Source: Tubulanus polymorphus (lineage: Eukaryota > Animalia > Nemertea). From it: a stretch of 64,000 bases of DNA. Shown here in pieces: positions 55,501 to 64,000 of the stretch. Every line of letters begins with the position of its first letter. The stretch's first letter is position 1. The DNA lies in NCBI RefSeq assembly GCF_964204645.1, contig NC_134027.1, positions 3,132,485-3,196,484 of the forward strand. Reading direction: 5' to 3'. The notes beneath the pieces are model-generated. The model searched no databases and was not told where the DNA came from. It was given only the letters and a program-made list of their open reading frames with translations. Made by a program: the position numbers and the translations under genes.

Positions 55501-57986
55501 TTAGTTTAGTTTATTAATGAGCCAACCGAGCTATTGCGAGAGCTAGAACAAGAGAGCGAGTGAGTCCACGAGAAGAGTATTCACTCTCAGATGGCCACGT
55601 CAATTGAACGATGACCATCTGGCTCAACTCGATGATCAGGAAGGCCACGTTGGTAAAACAATGACCATCTGGATTAATCACGAAGGCCATAATTTACTAA
55701 TGTAGAGTTTCAAATATGTGCTCAAATTTCCGGAGCATATGTTTCGCTGTAAGCTATCTAGCTCATCTTCTATATATCAGCTTATCCACGGTACATATCT
55801 ATATCTCTTAGACTCTCAAATCGATTTTCCCTCGTTTTCTTCCACACTTCGAACGGGATTCCAAATCCACAACGCGTAACCGTCAAAATGCAAAAACATA
55901 CCATAACGTTTAAAAGAACTTCGATTAAGGATTTTATTTCGATACCGGTACGTATCACATCAATCTACGAATGTTCGTCCCCCTCATACATTTACAAAAT
56001 ATATACATCCTAATTTCACATAAGGTCAAGATCAGAGACAAGTGTTCGGACTCTATCCCCACCTCTCTGATGAACACTATCTCCAGATTTTAAAGAAGAG
56101 TCCACCATCATCTGGCCGTCACTTTTCGATGTACTAGGAAATGGCTCAGCAGTGTTTGAATCACTCAGTGCGTATGCTGAAGCTTGTGTCTGCGGCAACT
56201 GAAATTCACGGGTCTCAAACTTACTTTTCTTCTGTTGTTTCTTCTTGTTACTTCCATTTGAATACATAGCCCTGTATGAATATATATATATATTCCTAGA
56301 CATACACGACTTCTATTCTATTCACAGTAAAAAGATAATACGGTAGAAATTTCGGAAACAATGAACACTTTTCCTCGACAAAATGTCAATGACTGTATTT
56401 GGTTGATCGAATTTAATAGACGCTAAGCGTCTCTTCAAAACACAGAAGAAGCAGAGTGGATGAATCTGATCAGAGATTCTCTTCCCGTAGTTCGTAAGAA
56501 ATTTCAAACTTCAATGCAAATCGTATCGCCGTCAATGTTCCTTTCGAATACCTTAAACACCTGATTTTTGTATGAAGAATCGATCGACAGTTATCCGAAC
56601 AATCATTTAAACTAGTTAATGATCCATATCTCCAATTGAAGGTACTTGAAACCTGATGCCGATGTTGTATGCGGATGTATTTAGTGTTGAATCTCAGTGC
56701 TGATGATATATAATCAATGCGTATAATCAATATTCGGTCGCGTTAATCAGACTGAGCACTATATTGATCACACCAGTAATTGAATTTATAAACCAAATAA
56801 GACTGAGTAGGCATGAGCGGAGTGAGTGCGGACGACGAATCCTGAATTGAGAATTATGATGATAACAACTCCAATTGCCATTCCAGTGCGATTTCTTTGA
56901 TATTTTCTCCCTTTCGCCAATTTAAACATCAAACCATTTAATAGGTATTTTAGGGGCAGGTCGTAGAATTACAACACAAAAATGAAATGGGTCCCGAGGC
57001 AGAACACTGAAAAAATGCGGGGGTTTCGGCACGTAGGCCTACGAATTAAATTTGTGAAACTAAAAAAGAAAAAAATTACAACGCATAATGAAAATTTCTG
57101 ATTGAAAGCAGTTTGTTGATGGCTACTTCTAGGAATCATATCTAATATTCGTAGTAATAATATTCATCTAGCCCCGTACGTGTACGCCCTCTGTCGCGCA
57201 AGACTAAAGGTGAAGGTTGTTTCTGTGGGTATCGAATGTACACAAATTTTTTTGACAGTTTGTTGTTATTCCTTGTTATTTGAATAATAATGACTCGGAT
57301 TATAAGATAAACCTGCATTTCTTGATTAGATAAATGAAATTGATGCATTGTCTTTGGTAAGGAAATAAATCGCCGAGTTGTAAACCTGTAACTGATCAGT
57401 GATAATATATCCCTATCTTATTTATCAGACAGACAAGACAAGAGGAGAGGACAAGGCTTGGCTTCTTGTTATAACGTTTGTTTTTTATTGTTGAAGCCCT
57501 TCCTTTCAGTTTCTATTTAGCTTGCCTTTTTGTTCAACGTGTTGGACTTCCTTCCTTGCCTCGCTTTTTTCTGGTGAACTTGATGTTCCTTCTGATTTTT
57601 GCTGACCTGTCCCTGTCTACAGTGTGCAGAAATAAAATCTTAAGATAGCTGAATATAGAAAAGTGTTTTTAGATATATGATGATGAATATTTCTACGAAA
57701 GAAAATGTCCAACTCCTGATGAAATCTACTAATCAGTTGACCCAGTATGTAATGATACATATGGCTTTTCAAATAACTGGACCATAGGCCTACTTAAAAC
57801 AACTGCCATATAGAATTAGGTCAGGGAGTTATCAGACATGATCTAGGGCTTCTAGACATTTTTGGCAGGTGTCTTTGAATATAGGGTAGGCTACACTATG
57901 TAGTGTTAGGCCTGTTCGGTGTAAATTTACATTTTACTGAAACCGAAACGATATTATTTTGGCAGGTAGATTGGCCGGGATATAAG

Positions 57987-60900
57987 ATGGCTGATATTTA
58001 CCGAGTTACCAGTACGGAAGGAGTGAAATCATTGGAAAGAGATTTAAACAAAGAATTGAATGAACTAAAAAATGAAATCGAAGAAAATGAAATGGTGCAC
58101 GGTATTCCACCAAAACCGATATGGTAATTATTGTGTTGTCTGTTCTTTAGTGAGTAGTATCATTTTTGCAGGCAAACCTAAGATTTTCCTTGAATGTTAA
58201 AGATAAAAGATTTTAACCAGTTTCATTATGCATAGGCCTACCACAATATTCAAAGGAAAGGAGGCTAATTTCCAACAAACTGTGCAGTTAACTTTCTGTT
58301 TCCTAAATATTCAACTTATTTCATTATAAATGGTATTCAATCGCTAGCTGAATGATATAGGTCATCATTGAAAATTTGTGTAGTTTGAAAACAAAGGTGG
58401 TTCAGAATAAAACTGATGTTTTGATTTTTGCAGCTCGGTGCCACTACCAAAAGATGTTGACTACTTTCGTAAAGAAAGGAAGCTTATCTTGGATCGAGCT
58501 ACTCAAGTAAGATGATTGAATCGATATTAAAAATTTAGTGATTCTTTTAGAAAAGAAGTCACTCGTCGATTTTCTGAATGAATAGCTGTACATACTACAC
58601 GTAATATGTGGTGTTTATTTCAGGTGAGTGAAGCTCATCCTATCGTCATTCAAGCTGATGCAATGTTTGAAGAACTCAGTAATGCAGATAAAAAAGAGTA
58701 CACATCTGAGGGTATCCCTCTTCTACTACACCAAGTACGCGCAGAAATTAAGTTTATAACTCAATAATATGAAGTCTCACACTAAGAACAAAAATATTCT
58801 GAAATATTTCTTTGAGCTAATAATTTATATGATGTTTTCGAATGTTTTACTGCTGTATATATTTCCCCTTGTTTGTATATTACATGACTTAATCACCCTC
58901 TTGCTGAACTTAATTAGGCCTACTTGATTATTCTCTTTGTTCGGGATTGTATATAAATCTCATAATTCTATCATAACACTAGTACAGTATTTCTGGAGAT
59001 GACTATTAGGAAAGAGTGGAAATGTCGAATAGATATTATAAGCTCGAGGAAAAATTTCAGACTTTTTCATTCGGAGTTTGGCATTTTATATTTTCTTTAC
59101 GGGCAGTATTTCCTGGGTTATGAGTGATCATTTTTGGAGTAAACTATAAATTATCCCGTTTTCCTGTTTTTAGTATTTCACAGATCGTATGTATCAACTA
59201 GTCCAATGTAAGCATATGCACATGTTGAGGTGGCAGAGATTCTGTGAACACACAAGCACACTTGAAACTCTATATCCTTACTATCAAAAGCGTTTGCAGT
59301 AAGTTTCTGCTTACAAAGAAACAAAGGTTCATTTTTCTCCGATCCAGAAATTACTCGAAATTTATGGTAAATCGTTGAATTTTAGGGAGATAATGTTTGA
59401 GTATAATGATTGTATAAAGCGTTCACAGCGATTGTCATCATGTCGCGAGGCATTCTTAGGACAGAGCGATGGAGGAGCGCAGTTCGTAACTCAAGAAGAT
59501 CTACTCATTTATATGAGATGGTTCATTACACATTTGCACTCGATGAAAGTATTCAACCAAATACTCAGAGTATGTGGCATTCAATCTACTATTTAGTTTC
59601 GATCAACATAAGGCAACGTAAATTATAATACGGAATTTATATTTTATCGAACAGTTGATTCAATGGTTTCCGATGCTACGTAAAGCAGATGTATCAACTG
59701 ACGTACCTGGAATCACTGCCGAAACCGTCAGTATACCTACGCAATGAACTCCATGATCTAATTCTTTGCTCTACATACTTGGCTAAAATTGATTAATTTT
59801 CAATTTTTCAACCAAAGTCAAATTCTAACCGAGAATTCGACTCGTCAGCCAATGATATTCTTAAATTAATCGCTACATGTTTGTTTCAGACCGATGAATC
59901 TCATACACCTCAGATGGCATCCAGATATCAGGATGAGACGACCGTTATTATATCGCGTCCCAGCTCATCGGCAGCGAAATCTCGCCCGAGTTCGAGTAGT
60001 TCGGTACAACAGCCACCTTCACCAGTGCCTCTTCCGCCGCCTAGTGTTAATCCTTTACTACTAACGACGAATCCTCTACCGCCGTCGGTAACAGCGTTCG
60101 CGGCTGCAGCAACTGGTGGCGGTATCGCTGCTGATGAAAGTAATTTGTCATTGCCGCTACACGTGAACGATTTCGACAGCCTGAAGCCACATCTCGCTAT
60201 GTTTGTCAACATGTATGGAATCCAAGCGGTAAATAGTGATCGAGTTATCGATGAAAAGTTATCAGATTTGTAAGACCCCCTGACCACTACGTAGACCAGC
60301 GCAGTTGGAGAGTAATGTATACCTTTGTATGTTTATGATTTTAGGATGTTGATAGTATCAAGCATTCTGCAGATGAAATGGAACTCTTCGGTGCTGTTAA
60401 TCGAAAATTCAAACAGATATTCACACGTCAAGAAACCATGTTGTGTTTCAAAACATATGACCGTCTGGAGGTGTGTAAACAAAGAGAATAATAGTAGCGG
60501 TTCTTCACTCGTGCCCATTGGACAACAATGGATTGAAAAATGTACTTGTGCTCTCCCTATTTCAGACGGGTTTAGAGAATTGGGGAGCTGACCATTCGAC
60601 TCATTGTCTGAAACAAGATTCTAACTGGATCGATTTTGTGAAATTGAAACCTGAAAAAGATCCCGTACAAGAAAGATTCTTCGTGAAATTGAAACAAGAT
60701 AACAATATTGATGAACTACTGCGCGCTATGTCAAGATTTATACAAATACGCGATGCTGAGGTATTTGCTTTATTGCTGTCAACAACTTTCAGATCGCATT
60801 GAATTGTAGTTAATTCCCTTTTTCTTGGCATCGTATTCAGAGGGTTCAAGACGCCCTTCGAGAACATGCAGCATCAGTTAGAAACCGTCCTTACTTCAAT

Positions 60901-63677
60901 CCAGTGTCAGTGACATCTAATCGTACTCAGAATAACACCAAAGCTATTTGGAAGAAGATCTACACTAATCCAGAACTTCTTACTACGTAAGTTTAGGTTT
61001 TCACACACCTTGTTTAAGCTCTATATCTATTGAAATATCTAACGTTTTTGTATGTGCTTTTACAGGAAAGAAACGCAAGAAAACCTCATGATCCAAGAGT
61101 TCGAAGATAAAGACACGGATAATGTAAATTTAGCGAATAGATCTGTCACGTCGCGAAAGCGTCGAGATAGTTACGATTACGGCACAACTGTTCAGATTCT
61201 AGGCTTAGATGATGGCGACCAGGACAATAAAGACCCTTCCAGTTTACAAGGAGCGTATCTATCATTCCTCAATTTGCGTCATTTACGAATTCGAGATCTA
61301 CGTCGTACTGTGAGTATAATGTACACTGTATAATAAAAGTCTATTGATAGTTTATGAGTATGAGGTATTCTAATGGGATTATTTATCGTATTTAACTAGT
61401 GCCTCAGTGGTCTCAATTACTTCCGATCCCTGGAAAGAACATTGACAGTTAACGATGCAGGGTTATCTTTAGAATCTAGTCGTATGAAGAGAAGCAGGTT
61501 TGTTATATTTATTAAAATCAACTGTTTTGATACCGATTATTACTACAGTCAACTTCCTGCAACTTCGGTTAATCTGTTCCCGCCTGTTTTTGGGTAATTT
61601 CACATTTCCCCTAAATCTCTGTGTCTAATTCATACTCCATAATCCGGTTTAAGCAGGAAATTTAAACTTCTGTATACTGGTTTATGCGCTAGTTTAGGCC
61701 GGATAATAGTTACTTCGAAAAACTAGATATCTGTCACATCACTTAATCCGTTTCAAAACACTTAGTCACAAGGAAATATGGATTAACCGAAGTTGACTGA
61801 AGAAATGTTTCTTTTGATTTTTATGGACACTCATAATATTGATATATTTCAGCACACAAAATCATAGGCGTGGAAATGCATCTGAGACTGGTTCATTGGG
61901 CGGTGGTGGTGGCTTAGGATCTCATCATTATCTACACAATACTCCAAAGGATTTCAAGTTAGTTTTGGATGAATTAGTCTCGATGAATTAATCGTCTTCT
62001 TGCTTGTTTACCTGTAGTTATGATTGAAAAATTTGTAGGATGAGTGAGGTTGAATTCATGGAATTTGCTGAAATCGAGAATCATGATGATTTTTATGCTA
62101 TTGATGAAGGCAGAGTTCATGTTCAAGATCAGCGAGGCTACTATATCATGTATGATGCAGCAATCACAGATATGAAGTAAGAATTCATCTAAAGAATGGA
62201 TACAATGGATAAAAGATTTAATTTGGGGATCAATTGTCCGGGGGCAATTGCGTGATACCAATGGATCATGGTATCCTGATTGTCCTGATACCAATGGATA
62301 CATGTACTTCTGTAGCATCAGCAATTCAAGCAAAACTGAATTAGTTATAGAATATCCGGTACGCTGAGACATGGAGAAGAGATGATACGGTTAAAACCTA
62401 CTATATACAATTTAAAAGATTTAAATCAAAATCTATTTATCAAGTATTGCAATCAGAAGACAAAGCGTTTCAGACTCTTCCTCTAGATACCATCTTCATG
62501 GTGTGAATTGAATATCTTTATAGGGAGCTGGAAAATGATTTGCTATTGTTAGCAACTCATTATATCGAGAAAGATAAGGATTTGAGGACGGCATCTAGAA
62601 TCAATAGAGGTTCAGCAAGACGCGGCCAGGTACAGAATAACTTTAGAATTTAACAGATTTGAGTAACAAATTCGGATTGTTTTGTTTAAAATGTTAATTT
62701 TCTCATTAAGGCACAGGCAGGGGATTTTGATATTCCTAATTATGCTCATCAAGAGGTCGATCGATTTTCTATCCTGCTAGATCTTTGGAATAACGAGGCG
62801 ACGTACATGGAAGCCAAACGACAGGTTAATGAATACCACCTACATATTCAAACTAGTCCTCGCCCATTGCGTGGTTTCTTAACTAATTTCTGTTGTTCGA
62901 AATAATTTTCACAGCTCATCGACTGTTATGTCGAAGCGTATCATCATGTTTTCGATCGGGATGAAAAGCGATCACTCGCGCAAGTCATTACTAATCTGAT
63001 TCACAAACGACCACGATTTGATTTCAACGCCGCGTATTTCATCAGATCATACAGAATGGAGTGCATATCGTTGAGGTTACAAGCTCAACTTGTAAAATCA
63101 ATCTTTGATAAACAGGTATTTAACATTACATGATACATGTACTTGTTAACCATTGATGGTAATATAGAAAATCCCAACTAAGAATGAAAGATAAGGTCGG
63201 AAAAGTTTCCTTGAGCTTTTAGATAATTCAACATACTATATCCTAATACTAATCTGCAGTATTCCTGGACATGACTATTAGGATACAGTAGAAATTTTGA
63301 ATAAACTGCAAGTACTAACTCAAATAAACTTGGTGTGGGATTTTTTACATTACATAAACTTGTGGATCAGTATTGTGTATTCAGACATTGTATCAAATCA
63401 GACACACTTACCGTAATCATTCATACAGATTGAAGAAGAGCGTGAATATTTGGCAAAAATTGTCAAAAAGGACGACCATCAGCCTGGATTTCCATTCAAA
63501 ATAATCCAGAAGCAACCGATATCTATCAATATGAGCAGGTAAGCTGTGATTTATCAGTTGAATCTATTAATTACTTTGCACGGTATTTTGAGAATTATTT
63601 AGTTTTAAGTTCTGCTGTTAATTGTTGTTTTGAATGTTCGCGTTGTGTTTCAGTAATGAGGAAGACAGTTTACCCAG
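57987..63677 (+). CDS. C6orf183/CCDC162-like protein (DUF4549 N-terminus); multi-exon; 3' part beyond the window
   Basis: Spliced N-terminus MADIYRVTSTEGVKSLERDLNKELNELKNEIEE...SVPLPKDVDYFRKERKL...VIQADAMFEEL...EYTSEGIPLLLHQYFTDRMYQLVQCKHMHMLRWQRFCEH matches recalled C6orf183 (IYKITSTERV..PKDIYYFRRER..LHMLRWKRFCQH). Later exons (GAYLSFLNLRHLRIRDLRR, LNYFRSLERTLT, QLIDCYVEAYHHVFD) continue in frame to 63538 or 63677. Confidence 0.82.
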
Positions 63678-64000
63678 GTTAGACAACGTATCACACGACA
63701 AACACTAACTTCACATCGATTTTATTGTATTTGAATCGCATTTTGTCATGAATTTTAATTCCCTGTATCTATAATATGACTAAACTTCACACAGTCGACT
63801 ACTATTACCTGGACACATTCAAAACGATGATTTTGTGTAGTTTGAAGTCATATTGAATTCGCATCCCTTCCCTTCGCTTGCTGTGTCAACATCCAAATAC
63901 AGGATCGCTGAATTGTGCATTTTGCTCTTCTTCAACAGCATTTTAAACGCATTTGATCCATTATATTTTTTCATCGATATGATATACACGTATCTTTTTT

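Noticed and set aside
56322-56730. Possible neuropeptide precursor on the minus strand (Cys pair, then NY-GKR amidation-like site)
   Set aside because: It needs a 43-nt intron, much shorter than the others here, and no signal-peptide exon could be joined convincingly.

Overview
Eukaryotic, AT-rich, intron-dense invertebrate animal DNA (probably spiralian; the species cannot be determined). Most introns are about 75-100 nt and GT-AG. Most ORFs in the supplied track are exon fragments or noise, so genes were spliced by hand. Eight protein-coding genes are supported, in this order: MROH1 (+, first exon outside the window), intronless ISY1 (-), CTTNBP2-like (+), a neutral sphingomyelinase of SMPD3/SMPD5 type (-), a 10-exon Tan-like C45 Ntn-hydrolase (-, essentially invisible in the ORF track), a synaptophysin-family gene (+, with a 14-kb intron), an intronless GT32 DXD glycosyltransferase (-), and a C6orf183/CCDC162-like (DUF4549) gene (+, running off the window end). 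Introns carry many small non-autonomous DNA transposons, a tRNA-derived remnant and microsatellites. The most notable observations are: an apparently intact Walker A/B AAA+ module in CTTNBP2 plus short-isoform exits; the Tan-like hydrolase with an Arg-Cys processing junction, head-to-head with synaptophysin; a probable U12-type intron in MROH1; and 32/47-bp hairpin elements that both duplicate a WTCAAAC 7-bp target. No prokaryote-type system (CRISPR, operon, prophage) is present, and nothing here can be claimed with confidence as a wholly new system. Family assignments come from recalled motif similarity, not from database searches.
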